DNA of 33,973 bases. Origin: Armatimonadota bacterium (GTDB lineage Bacteria; Armatimonadota; Armatimonadia; Armatimonadales; Armatimonadaceae). The DNA is taken from assembly GCA_043754515.1 (NCBI GenBank), contig JAYUUO010000178.1, positions 1 through 33,973 on the forward strand. Direction: 5' to 3'. The notes below the pieces were generated by a model. The model worked only from the letters and a program-made list of their open reading frames with translations, had not been told where the DNA came from and did no database searches. A program made the translations under genes and the position numbers. Positions within the stretch are counted from its first letter, which is position 1. Every line of letters begins with the position of its first letter. Positions 16,045 to 25,833 of this stretch are shown here, piece after piece.

Positions 16045-18555
16045 TCAGCGGGGCGTCGCCTTCGTCCCGCCGATCGTACGCTCGAACAGGGCGAATATCC
16101 GCTTGTACTCATCCACCCACGACGCCGGTTCAGTAAATGCGTGTGACTCTACTGGGTAGATCGCGGTCTGAAAATGATCCGTCTTCCCAAGCTCAATCAG
16201 ACGCTCGGTGAGCCGTACGGTGTCCTGAAAGAAGACGTTGTCGTCGCGCATTCCGTGGCATAACAACAGATCCCCCTTAAGCCCTTCCGCGAAAAAGATG
16301 GGAGAAGAGCGTCTGTATGCCGCCAGGTCATCCTGCGGCAGACCCAGAATCCGCGAGGTGTACCCGTCGTTGTACTTCGACCAATCCGTCACGGGGCGGA
16401 GCGCGGCACCGGCGCGGTACACGGTCGGCTCTTTGAACAATGCCATCAGCGTCAGGAATCCGCCGTACGAACCGCCGTAAATGCCGACCCGCGCGGGGTC
16501 AATCTTGCGGGTATTGACGAGCCAGCGCACGCAGTCGGTCACGTCATCCAAATCCTTGTCGCCCATGTTCTTGTAGATGCCCGTTCTGAAATCGCGCCCG
16601 TAACCCGCCGATCCCCGGTAGTCAACGTCGAGAACGGTGTAGCCGCGCTCCGCCAGGAAGTGGTGGAACAGGTACTCGCGGGGGTACCCCGACCAGCCCT
16701 CATGCGCGTTTTGCAGGTAGCCAGCCCCGTGGACGAACACGACGGCGGCACCCGCCGCTCGCGTCCGGCTCGTCGGCGTGAAAAGGCGGGCGCGCACCGT
16801 CACGCCGTCACGCGCCGTGATCGAGACCACGGGCACGTCGCGCCATGGATACACCGAGAACTCTGGGACCGGCGAGACAGTGACCCGTCGCGGTACCGTG
16901 TCAGGCTTCGTGCCCATGAGATAAAGTTCGGGCGGCTTGTTGGTGTACGAGTGGATCACGGCGAGAGAGTTCTGATCCGGGGACAGCGTCGCCGCGTTCC
17001 AGCCAGGGAGCGAGCGGGTCAGGTCCGTGCTCTGTTTCGTCGGCAAGGAATAGCGAAAGAAATGCCGCTGGGAAGTGTCGCCCCCGGAAGACGTGAAATA
17101 CAGCCCGGTTCGCGTGTCGGCACTCGTCGAACCGGCCGACGCGCCGGGACTCCGGGTTTGTGCCCCGACGGGCATCGGGTTCGGCGGGTTCGGGTAGACG
17201 AGCAGGTCGCTCACCTCGCCACCGAGGATAAACTCCCTGCGCTCACCCAACGCCGTATCCGGCGTGAGGACGAGTCGCGACTTCCCCGCCGCTTCCCGGC
17301 AAAAAAACTGCCCACCGCCCGGGAGCCATCCGTAAGTGTCCCAACCCGGATCGCCTATCCAGGCGTCGTCGTGGGAATCGTCTGCTATCGTCGCGGCACC
17401 AGTAACAGGGTTCACGTTCAGGATCCAGCGGTCGTGCCAGTCCCGGGCGACAACAAGCAGGGCGATCCGCTCACCGCTCCGGTCGAACCGGGCATCGCGA
17501 TAGGTGACGGGCCGATCCTTCAGTTCGGTGGGGAGAAGGACCGGGGTTGCCTTCCCCGTCCCGATATCCAGTAGCACATACCGGGTCGGGGAACTCTTTT
17601 CCCACCCGACGTTTGGTCGTCCCTTGCGTGCCGACACGAACCCATCGTCATTGATATACCGCGGGATCACGCTGGCGGGCACCGATTGATCGGCATCTTC
17701 CTTGCCGATCCCCAGCAACACCGTCTGCCGCGTTCCGGTCGGCACCAGGTACTCCATCGAGATCTTGAGATCCGCCGCATATTCACCCCGGTTCAGGTAG
17801 AAGGGCTTTCGGATTTGCGAGTCCTCACGCTTCTTTTTTTTGTTCTCGACCCGCTCCTTCTCCCGCGCGGAAGCACGAATAGAGTCGAATAACTCGCTCT
17901 CTACGGCCTCGTTAATTTGGGCTAGCGTGCCTTTCGCGGCGGTCGGCGTTTCCGCGCCCGGTGCGGGCCGTATGTCGGTCAGTTGCTGGATTGTGCTCCA
18001 CTCCGCGCCGCCTTCATGGTTCAGCATACCCACGCTGTAGAAGTTGTCCCCGATCCGGTACGCGATCTTCCTCCCATCCTGGGTTGCGAAACACGGCGCG
18101 CTTTCCTGGAAACCTGGCGTATTCGTGACCTGCGTCGCCTTGCCCTGGATGTCCGGGTAAATCCAGATGTCGCCGCCCCTTTCGTAGACGCATTCGGAGT
18201 GCCCACCGTCAATATGCCAGTTGGCGGCCTCGGGATCGAACGGGGGCGGAACTTCTTGCTCTGCCTCCTCTGTCAAGCGTCGGGGCCTCGCGCCCTGGGG
18301 ATCGTTTTTCGCGAACGTGTACCAGTGAGTCGGTTCCCGGCGCGGTTCTCCCGGCTCCTTCCAGCGGAAGTAGACACGGTTCGAGTCGAGAGACCAGCGG
18401 ACATCGGTCGGCTCGGTGCCGTATAGTTCCGGTCCGCGCATGATCCGTTCGAGGGACAACGGCTCGTGTGCCGATTCTTTGTCGGATGCTGCGTGCGAGG
18501 CGAGCGGAAGGAGAAGAGCAATGAGGAGAGACGGAGCGATTCGGCGTGCGGACAT
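16045..18555 (-). CDS. Secreted S9 family prolyl oligopeptidase / dipeptidyl aminopeptidase
   Basis: Signal peptide (ASHA), beta-propeller region, VHGAGY, DYRGS.GYG, nucleophile GGSYGG, HG..DDNV, YP.ESH triad. Start reassigned to ATG18555. Confidence 0.92.
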   Translation of the reverse strand: MSARRIAPSLLIALLLPLASHAASDKESAHEPLSLERIMRGPELYGTEPTDVRWSLDSNRVYFRWKEPGEPRREPTHWYTFAKNDPQGARPRRLTEEAEQEVPPPFDPEAANWHIDGGHSECVYERGGDIWIYPDIQGKATQVTNTPGFQESAPCFATQDGRKIAYRIGDNFYSVGMLNHEGGAEWSTIQQLTDIRPAPGAETPTAAKGTLAQINEAVESELFDSIRASAREKERVENKKKKREDSQIRKPFYLNRGEYAADLKISMEYLVPTGTRQTVLLGIGKEDADQSVPASVIPRYINDDGFVSARKGRPNVGWEKSSPTRYVLLDIGTGKATPVLLPTELKDRPVTYRDARFDRSGERIALLVVARDWHDRWILNVNPVTGAATIADDSHDDAWIGDPGWDTYGWLPGGGQFFCREAAGKSRLVLTPDTALGERREFILGGEVSDLLVYPNPPNPMPVGAQTRSPGASAGSTSADTRTGLYFTSSGGDTSQRHFFRYSLPTKQSTDLTRSLPGWNAATLSPDQNSLAVIHSYTNKPPELYLMGTKPDTVPRRVTVSPVPEFSVYPWRDVPVVSITARDGVTVRARLFTPTSRTRAAGAAVVFVHGAGYLQNAHEGWSGYPREYLFHHFLAERGYTVLDVDYRGSAGYGRDFRTGIYKNMGDKDLDDVTDCVRWLVNTRKIDPARVGIYGGSYGGFLTLMALFKEPTVYRAGAALRPVTDWSKYNDGYTSRILGLPQDDLAAYRRSSPIFFAEGLKGDLLLCHGMRDDNVFFQDTVRLTERLIELGKTDHFQTAIYPVESHAFTEPASWVDEYKRIFALFERTIGGTKATPR

Positions 18556-18611
18556 GTACAATTGTAGAAGGAACATCCGGCTACCGCAACTCTCGGAGTA
18601 TACTCGTGTTC
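18556..18611. promoter_or_regulatory. Compact divergent promoter region with two palindromic -10 boxes
   Basis: TACAATTGTA (18557-18566): minus-strand TACAAT is 5 nt before the S9 ATG. GAGTATACTC (18596-18605): plus-strand TATACT is 7 nt before the HIT ATG. Confidence 0.65.
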
Positions 18612-19070
18612 ATGTCAACAGTTATACACTCCCGCGTCCGCGCCGCGCAGGACGGAACCGACCCCGCCGTCATCTGCCGGATGCCGTCCGGCTGGGCGAT
18701 CATGGGCGATTCGCAACTGCTCCGGGGCTACTGCCTACTCCTGCCCGACCCGGTAGTGCCCCACCTCAACGCGCTGACGGGGGCGGCGCGGACGCGGTTC
18801 CTCGCGGACATGGCGATCATCGGCGACGCCCTGCTGGAAGTCACGAACGCTGTGCGCTGTAACTACGAGATACTCGGGAATCTTGATCCGGCGTTGCACG
18901 CGCATATCTTCCCGCGATATGCCAGCGAGCCGGAAGAGTACCGCTCATTGCCGCCGATGTTCTACCCCGCCGGGGAGCGAGCCGCCGTCCCGTTCGACAG
19001 AGAGCGCGACCACGACCTGATCGCACTTCTCGCCGCGCACATCGCCCAGCGTTCGGGCGAACCCGCGTGA
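18612..19070 (+). CDS. HIT family protein
   Basis: GYCLL, HLN.L, NYEILGN..P.LHAHIFPRY (first His of the HxHxH motif replaced by Ala). Confidence 0.85.
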   Translation: MSTVIHSRVRAAQDGTDPAVICRMPSGWAIMGDSQLLRGYCLLLPDPVVPHLNALTGAARTRFLADMAIIGDALLEVTNAVRCNYEILGNLDPALHAHIFPRYASEPEEYRSLPPMFYPAGERAAVPFDRERDHDLIALLAAHIAQRSGEPA

Positions 19071-19131
19071 AATATCGCCAACCATTCGCCGCGCCCGCGC
19101 TACTTGCTCTGTGAAAGCGAATGATTGACCG

Positions 19132-19728
19132 ATGTTGCTGACTAACAACCCGAACCCGCGCTCCGGCGACACATCCGCGTTCGATCAGATCTACGCGCTG
19201 TTTGCCCCCCGCGTGCTGGCGTATCTACTCCAGCTGAACAGGGGGAGCCGCGCCGAAGCCGAAGACCTAACGCAGGACACGTTCCTCGCGGCGTATTCGG
19301 CGCGGAGCGAGTACGCCGGAAACAACTCGCTCGCCTGGCTCTTCGGGATCGCCCGACGTCGGCAACGCGACGCGTTCCGCGCCTCAACTACCCGGTCGCG
19401 CACCGCTCCGTTAGATCATGCCGAGTCGGTAGCCGCCGGAGCCGCGCTCGACGGAACCGCGACACGCCGTATCGCTCTCACGAGTGCGCTCGACCGCTTA
19501 GAAGCCGTAGACCGGGAGGCGGCACTACTCATCGTGGTGCAAGGGATGTCGTACGCGGACGCGGTGAAAATCACCGGCGAGCCGGTCGGTACGGTGAAGT
19601 GGCGCGTCCATGCCGTCACGAAGCGACTGCGCAACCTGCTTTCCGGTGCGTTCGCCGAGGAGTACCCGATAGAAATCAGAAAGGGGACAGACTCCCGTGC
19701 CGAACCCAAGCAAACCGCTATTATCTGA
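19132..19728 (+). CDS. ECF sigma factor
   Basis: EAEDLTQDTFL.A, AWLFGIAR, REA.LL...QGMSY......G.PVGTVKWRVH. Confidence 0.9.
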   Translation: MLLTNNPNPRSGDTSAFDQIYALFAPRVLAYLLQLNRGSRAEAEDLTQDTFLAAYSARSEYAGNNSLAWLFGIARRRQRDAFRASTTRSRTAPLDHAESVAAGAALDGTATRRIALTSALDRLEAVDREAALLIVVQGMSYADAVKITGEPVGTVKWRVHAVTKRLRNLLSGAFAEEYPIEIRKGTDSRAEPKQTAII

Positions 19729-20794
19729 CGCCGACGCTCAAGCGATGACCGAGTTGGCGTCCGGCAGACTTGCGCCGCTCGCCGCGCTCCGGTTGCGCGC
19801 CCGGATGGCCCGCTCGCCCGAGCTAGCGCGGGAGTTTGCCGAGACCAAAGCCCTGTTTACCGACCTGCGGGAACTACGTTCGGAGCGACCCTCACGGTTC
19901 GCCCCCGACTGGCTCACCGCCGACACCGAAACTGGGCACCCTCTTAAAGGGAACGCGTCACCAACCGTTTGGAATCTGGGAGGATTCGCGATGAACCGAC
20001 GTGCCGTTATCGCCGCCACCGCGACATTATCACTGCTCTGTGTAACCGGAGGATACGCCGCCGTGCGCTACCTGTACTCGTTTGACAACCTTGACGCCGG
20101 ACATGGCCGCGTTTGGAGTGCAGACCGTCACTTCACCGGCCAGGTCAAGTTCACCGACGCCGACGGCGTTTCGCGAGGTTCCTACGGCGGGAGCGCGACG
20201 CCGGGAAGTGTTACGATGAACGGCAAGACCTTTCCGAAAGAAGCGGCCTCCCCCGACATTACCGTGACCGTGACCGTGGACGGCGAGGTGTTCCCGCTGA
20301 CCTGAGCGGGAAGGCACGAACTGCGGTCGAAGTCGGGCAAGTTCCTCGGCACGGAGGAACTGGTACCGGAAACGCCCGTCGAGCGCGAGGCGTGGCGCGT
20401 CAAGCATGACCGGGAGAACGGCATCGAGCAGCCCCTGCGCATGAACTACGGGGAGCGAGATGGCTACGGGCAGGCGGTCGGCTACTTCGGAGACCGGCCC
20501 AATCGCGTGACGTGGAAACTTTGGGGCGAAAACGTGGTCGTTCGGTTCTATGACATTAACACCGGAAAACAGGTCTACGAAGGCAGAGGCATCAAACGTG
20601 GACGACACTATCCGTGCCGAGCAGAAGCGCGAACTCTCTCCGGAAGCCTCCCGGATAAGCCGACATTCACCTGGACGATCGGTGATGGCGGGGTGGCGCG
20701 GAGCCGGAAGATGGGCGAGGACATCCGGTTCGTTCTAGGTAACGGGATACAACCTCGGGCGGAGATAGTGCCCATTGGCACTGGCGCGAAGTAG
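19697..20794 (+). pseudogene. Anti-sigma factor with extracytoplasmic domain, interrupted by an in-frame TGA (20303-20305)
   Basis: ORFs 19697-20305 and 20441-20794 share a frame, and the linker reads openly: FPLT*AGRHELRSKSGKFLGTEELVPE...QPLRMNYG. Degenerate anti-sigma N-terminus plus one TM. Overlaps the sigma gene end. Confidence 0.72.
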
Positions 20795-20817
20795 CGTTGC
20801 CGCGCGGCGGGGAAGGC

Positions 20818-20826
20818 TGGTACCAT
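20818..20826 (+). promoter_or_regulatory. Extended -10 (TG-n-TACCAT) upstream of the lysozyme-like lipoprotein
   Basis: TGGTACCAT, 11 nt before ATG20838. Confidence 0.45.
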
Positions 20827-20837
20827 AGCGTCCGTAA

Positions 20838-22220
20838 ATGACGATGCCCTCCCTTCCCCGCCGCGCGTTCCTGCTCTCCGCGATCAGTCTGCTCGCAACC
20901 GTTTCCTCCTGCGCCGGGGCGAAGCAGGACACTCCCCCGCCCCCGGCCTTTACCGACGCCGAGCGGGAAGTCGTCCGCCGCTACTGGAACGCCGCCGACC
21001 GGTACACGATCCTTCCGGCACCCGGCGCGATGCCGCGTCAGAACATCACCGTGGAAGGCTCGACGTGGTACTGGTCCTTCGTCCGCGCCGTCGCCGCGCT
21101 TAAGAAGACGGATCCCGCTACCGCCCTGACCTGGCAACGGTGGTGGGACGCGTTCTATGCCGCGCAAAAGGCGCAGGCGGTTGGCGCGGCGACAGTTCCC
21201 CCCGATCCCGGTCCGGCTCTGGACGCACTCATCACCGCCGTCGGTTCCCCCTGTCCCGCGCTTTTCGAGCGGGTGACACCGACGCGTTACACAGTGACGT
21301 TCTCGCCCGCCGACGCGCCCGCGCCCTTCGTCTACGAGGACGCGATTGACTTTGCCGCGCGGCCAGCCTATTACGCCTACTACCGGCAGAAGAACGGCGT
21401 GATCCGCGCGGGGAAGCACGTCACCGAGTATGCCGGCGACGCAAAAAAACGAATTGACGCGCTGTTCGCGAAAGCGGGCCGCTCGCCTTTCGAGCAACAT
21501 GTTCTACAGGCGGTTTCGCGCTACGAGGGTGGGTTCGAAGCGATCAACACCTATGACACGGGGTTCGTATCGGTCGGTTTTTTGCAGTTCATCACGGCGA
21601 TTGACGGCACTGGCTCACTCTCGGAGGTGCTACGGCAGTATAAAACCGACGCGCCGATCGGGTTTCAGGGGGACTTCCGGCGGTTTGGTATAGACGTCGC
21701 GGCGGACGGGGTCGTGGTCTGTGTTGACCCGGCAACCGGTAGCGAAGCACGCGGCGCGGAGGCGGTTCGCCGCTTGATTGACGATAAACGGCTGACGGCG
21801 GTTTTCGAGCGTGCCGCGGCGGGCGACGGCTTCCGGCTCGCGCAGGTCGCTGTCGCCCGCTCCCACTACTGGCCCGCCGATGACATGATCACGCTCGCCC
21901 TACCCCTGCCGCCGATCCGGGTCGGCGATGTCATCCGATCGGAAGCGGGAATCGCGACGCTAATGGACCGCAAAGTCAACCGGGGCAACATCCGTGATCT
22001 TTCGGAAGTGGCGCAACGGGTCGTCACAGACAAAGGAATCCGTGACCCGCGCGATCTGGCAAAGTACGAGCGTATGCTGGTCGTGGCAATGAAGTATCGC
22101 GGTGACTTCCTTGCGGATCTGACGCTGACCCAACCGCCGCCGAACCCCGCGACGCCCGCCGCGCCGGGGACAAGCCGCTCCCGTTCGGGCGGTAGCCTCC
22201 CCGAAACACGTCGGCGTTGA
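20838..22220 (+). CDS. Tat-signal lipoprotein with a putative lysozyme-like (glycoside hydrolase) domain
   Basis: PRRAFLL twin-Arg motif, VSSC lipobox, Pro-rich linkers. SRYEGGFEAINTYDTGFVSVGFLQF resembles the lysozyme-superfamily E...G..Q core. Confidence 0.6.
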   Translation: MTMPSLPRRAFLLSAISLLATVSSCAGAKQDTPPPPAFTDAEREVVRRYWNAADRYTILPAPGAMPRQNITVEGSTWYWSFVRAVAALKKTDPATALTWQRWWDAFYAAQKAQAVGAATVPPDPGPALDALITAVGSPCPALFERVTPTRYTVTFSPADAPAPFVYEDAIDFAARPAYYAYYRQKNGVIRAGKHVTEYAGDAKKRIDALFAKAGRSPFEQHVLQAVSRYEGGFEAINTYDTGFVSVGFLQFITAIDGTGSLSEVLRQYKTDAPIGFQGDFRRFGIDVAADGVVVCVDPATGSEARGAEAVRRLIDDKRLTAVFERAAAGDGFRLAQVAVARSHYWPADDMITLALPLPPIRVGDVIRSEAGIATLMDRKVNRGNIRDLSEVAQRVVTDKGIRDPRDLAKYERMLVVAMKYRGDFLADLTLTQPPPNPATPAAPGTSRSRSGGSLPETRRR

Positions 22221-22246
22221 CAGAGTGCGTCCCCTTTCCGTACAAT
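22217..22246 (+). promoter_or_regulatory. Sigma70 promoter of the OppA-like gene (probably leaderless)
   Basis: TTGACA (22217-22222, overlapping the upstream TGA stop)-N18-TACAAT (22241-22246), 5 nt before ATG22252. Confidence 0.72.
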
Positions 22247-22251
22247 CGGTC

Positions 22252-23913
22252 ATGGATACCCCCCGATTCGTTTCCCGCCGCCACTTTCTGCGCTGGTCGC
22301 TCCTGGTCTCGGGCGTGCCGCTACTCGCCGGTTGCGCCAAAGAAGCCACCCGATCAACGTCCGGCAACGTCACCGCGCTGATCACGAGAAGCCCCGCGCC
22401 GGGCGTACTCCGGTACGCCTTGCGCGAGGAGCCGACGACGCTGGACCCGCATCAGTGCTTCAGCGACGGGACCTGGGATCTGCTACATAACACCTTCGAG
22501 GGGCTGGTGGTCTACGACGAGAACAACCGGATCGTTCCGCTTCTCGCCGAGTCGCTCCCCACTGTCAGTGCCGACGGGAAGACCTACACGTTCAAGCTGA
22601 AGCCGCGGGTCCGCTTCCAAGACGGCAACTCACTGACCGCGCCTATAGTGCGCGAGAATGCGCTCCGCATCCTGTCGAAAGCACTCGCCTCGCCTCGCGC
22701 GACGCTGACGCTCGACGATGTGACGGGGGCAAAGGAGTACATAGCAGGTAAAACGACCGACATTCCCGGCATCCAGGTCGTGGATGATTACACGATCCGC
22801 TTCGTGTTGACAGAACCCCGCGCCTACTTTCTCGACAAGATCACCACCTTTTTGATCGTCTCGCCCGCCGCGATCGCGAAGGCACCGAAGAACGAGCGCG
22901 GAGTCGCCGAACTCAATCCGGCCACCGCCATCGGGACGGGGCCATTCAAAATAGCGGAATACGTGCGCCAGAGCAAGGTGATGCAGACGGCGTTCGACGA
23001 CTATCACAGCGGGAAGCCGCCCCTACAGCGCATCGAACGACCGATCACGATAGACGCGAAGACGAACCGCAACCTGTACGATGCCGGTAGTTTGGATCTG
23101 TTTTTGGAGAGCGTGGCGGATTACGAGGGCGATAAGGTATCGCCCCGGACCAGAACCGAGATCGCGGAGTGGCCCCAGGCCGGTGTTTTTTACGTGACGC
23201 TCGGCCAGAAGAAGTCGCCCCCGATGCAGGATCAGCGGGTGCGGCAGGCGTTGTCACTGGCGATCAACCGCGATGAGATCGCGAAGAACGCGCTCGTGGG
23301 GATGCTGCCGCCCGCGAACGGTTTGCTCGCGCCGGGATTGATGGGTAGCAACGCGCGGGAGGTCACCCCGGACGCGTTGAAGTACGACCCAGACCGCGCG
23401 AAGAAACTGCTCGCCGAGGCCGGGTACACCGCCCAGAAACCGCTCGCCTTCACGCTCCTCTACTCCGAAGGCTCGGTCACGGCGTCCAAAGTATGCCAGG
23501 TGCTGAAGGAGCAGTGGGCAGGGATCGGGGTCGAGGCGACGCTTCAAGAGCAGGAGTGGGGCACGCTCCTGAGCCGGATGCGGGGCGGCGAGTTCGACGC
23601 GATGTACTCCGGCTGGGCGGCGTCCCCCGACCCGCACGGGACGCTGTGGAACCTGCTGTCATCCGCGTCTCCCAACAACTACGGTGGTTACAAGAGCAAG
23701 CGGTTCGATGACCTGTGTGACGCCGGGGATCGGGAGACCGACCCGGCGAAGCGGGGCGAGTTTTACCAGAAGGCGGTCACCGTCGCGCTGGAGGAGGCTC
23801 CGATCCTGCCGGTTGTGTTCGGCAACCAGGTGCGCCTGATCCGCGCTTACACGAAGGGGATTCGCTATAACCTGGGCGGGATGCTCGCTCATACGACGGC
23901 GACGACGGGGTGA
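22252..23913 (+). CDS. ABC transporter peptide/nickel substrate-binding lipoprotein (family 5, OppA/DppA-like)
   Basis: SRRHFL Tat motif, LAGC lipobox, EPTTLDP, FEGLV, DGKTYTFKL, IGTGPFK, RVRQALSLAINR. Confidence 0.92.
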   Translation: MDTPRFVSRRHFLRWSLLVSGVPLLAGCAKEATRSTSGNVTALITRSPAPGVLRYALREEPTTLDPHQCFSDGTWDLLHNTFEGLVVYDENNRIVPLLAESLPTVSADGKTYTFKLKPRVRFQDGNSLTAPIVRENALRILSKALASPRATLTLDDVTGAKEYIAGKTTDIPGIQVVDDYTIRFVLTEPRAYFLDKITTFLIVSPAAIAKAPKNERGVAELNPATAIGTGPFKIAEYVRQSKVMQTAFDDYHSGKPPLQRIERPITIDAKTNRNLYDAGSLDLFLESVADYEGDKVSPRTRTEIAEWPQAGVFYVTLGQKKSPPMQDQRVRQALSLAINRDEIAKNALVGMLPPANGLLAPGLMGSNAREVTPDALKYDPDRAKKLLAEAGYTAQKPLAFTLLYSEGSVTASKVCQVLKEQWAGIGVEATLQEQEWGTLLSRMRGGEFDAMYSGWAASPDPHGTLWNLLSSASPNNYGGYKSKRFDDLCDAGDRETDPAKRGEFYQKAVTVALEEAPILPVVFGNQVRLIRAYTKGIRYNLGGMLAHTTATTG

Positions 23914-24035
23914 CGGCGCGGCATTAGCCGCACATGGGGATGAAGTATGTTAGCGGGATGGGTGAAGCATATACCGGCTCGGCAGAAACGGGGTCGTTGG
24001 TGCTGGGGCTTTGGGGAGCGGTCGGGAGGATCAAC

Positions 24036-24719
24036 ATGGATGATCTGAAAGGGGCGTTTGAAGAACTCATCAGTACGATGCGGCGATCCGGCTTCGCCTA
24101 CCCTGAAACGCTTCGGGAAGGGTTGTCGGAAGCGGAGGTTCTGGACCAAACGTCTGAACTACCATTCGCTCTACCTGACGAGGTTGTATGACTATACGCT
24201 TTATGCAATAGAACAGACGTTGATATTCATAGCAAATTACTGCCCGTCGGTTTTTTTGGCGGGCACCGAATGCTCACGTTATCCGAGTCCCTATATTGGT
24301 ATCATTTTTTCGCTGAAATCGCTGTTGACGATGATGCACTTCGGGTTACCTGGTTTCCGCTGTTCACGGATACGTATCGTTTCATGTTTGTTATGACGGA
24401 AGAGAGTGACGGTCGTAATGCCCCCTTGATTGATATTGAAGGAGAGGACAGAAGTGGAGTACTGATCGTCTCAGGAATCAAGGAGCTTTTCATATTCTGT
24501 ACCGGGCTGATAAACGCGGGTGCATTTCACCCCGATCTGAATGGTAAGGAGCGTGGGAGGGGGGCGATGTTGGTGAATCAAGACATTTACAAAAAGGTTG
24601 TCCCACTGTACGACGTTGACGTTGCAATATATTGGGACGGTAACAAATGGGTTAGCCAGCAGGCCGTTACACTCGATTCGCTCCCTGTGAGTAGCCAGTC
24701 CATAGACACCCACTTCTAG
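24036..24719 (+). pseudogene. SMI1/KNR4 (SUKH) family immunity-like protein interrupted by an in-frame TGA (24189-24191)
   Basis: GGAGGA RBS + ATG24036. Reads LREGLSEAEV......PFALPDEVV*LYALCN...FFGGHRMLTLSES...WFPLF in one frame, the SUKH pattern. Visibly lower GC than neighbours. Confidence 0.72.
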
Positions 24720-24907
24720 GAACGAACGCATACAGCTTCTGCTCGGGGAAGCGGCGTGCCCCGGCTATTGCGCGATGTCCATATTCAGAGTATGATTTTC
24801 TAAGCCACCGATAAGCATGGCAGAGTCTTAGTCGTACTATAAAAGGCCCCGTCTCTGTGTCCGGCACATTCCTCACGCGGCACAGGCACCTCCCCGGAGA
24901 AGATCAC

Positions 24908-25795
24908 ATGGAACTGTTTCAACTGCGGTATTTCGCCGCCGCCGCCCGGCGCGAGAGTTTTAGCCGCGCCGCCGACGAATGCTCCGTCTCGCAGCCGAGC
25001 CTATCTCTACAAATCGCTAATCTGGAGAAGGAAGTCGGCACCCAACTTTTCAACCGGCAGGGCAGATCCGTTCGTCTCACCGACGCCGGGCGCACCCTCG
25101 CCGAGTATGCGGAACGGATTCTGCGCGAGGAGGAGGAAGCCCGCCGCGCCGTACGCGCCGTGGTCGGGCTGGAACGCGGGCGGCTTGCCATCTGGACGCT
25201 ACCGACGCCGGGACAAAACCTGCTCCCGAAGCACCTGGCGACGTTTCGGCTCGCGCACCCCAACATCGAAATCACGGTACATGAGTCCGTCCCGGCGCGA
25301 ACGGTAGGCGAGGCAGTGACGGCGGGGATCGCAGACATCGGGTTCGTTCACCTACCCATTCCCGTGCCGGATCTGGCGATGCGGCACCTGTTCACCGAAG
25401 AGTTAGCACTGGTTGTCCCGGCAAACCATCGGCTCGCCGCGCCGGACGCTCCCGCGCCCGGCCTGGCGGATCTCGCGGAGGAAGACTTCGTGTGGGTGCC
25501 GCAAGGGACGACGCCCGAACACCCGATCTACGCCGCGTGTCTCGCCGCCGGATTTACGCCCCGAATCGCGTGTGTATCCGGGTCGGCGACTGGCATGCAG
25601 AAGATGGTCGCGGCGGGTCTTGGTATCGCCTTGTTGCCCCGCCTCGCGTTGCTACCGCCCGACGGCGTGACGGTGGTCGAACTCGCCGCGCCGCGCCCGA
25701 CACGCACCATTGTCGCGATCTGGCGCGAACGTGACGGGCTAACCCACGCCGCGAGCGCATTCCTCAAAGAGGTGGTCAAGGGTCTGGCCCGTTAG
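24908..25795 (+). CDS. LysR family transcriptional regulator
   Basis: MELFQLRYF.A.A...SFSRAA....VSQPSLS.QI..LE.EVG..LF.R..R.V.LTDAG, with VAAGLGIALLP. GGAGA RBS. TACTAT at 24835-24840. Confidence 0.95.
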   Translation: MELFQLRYFAAAARRESFSRAADECSVSQPSLSLQIANLEKEVGTQLFNRQGRSVRLTDAGRTLAEYAERILREEEEARRAVRAVVGLERGRLAIWTLPTPGQNLLPKHLATFRLAHPNIEITVHESVPARTVGEAVTAGIADIGFVHLPIPVPDLAMRHLFTEELALVVPANHRLAAPDAPAPGLADLAEEDFVWVPQGTTPEHPIYAACLAAGFTPRIACVSGSATGMQKMVAAGLGIALLPRLALLPPDGVTVVELAAPRPTRTIVAIWRERDGLTHAASAFLKEVVKGLAR

Positions 25796-25800
25796 TCGTC

Positions 25801-25820
25801 GGCGGGCTACGGTAGCCGCC
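25801..25820. terminator. GC-rich hairpin between convergent lysR and parB-like genes
   Basis: GGCGGGCTA-CGG-TAGCCGCC imperfect stem. No U-tract. Confidence 0.35.
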
Positions 25821-25833
25821 GCCCCACGCAACC

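Noticed and set aside
19697..24719. Genome-wide TGA reassignment (code 4/25) suggested by two in-frame TGAs
   Set aside because: Many genes here end at TGA at the expected family C-terminus (12712, 15247, 19070, 23913, and parB-like at 25834), so TGA is a normal stop.
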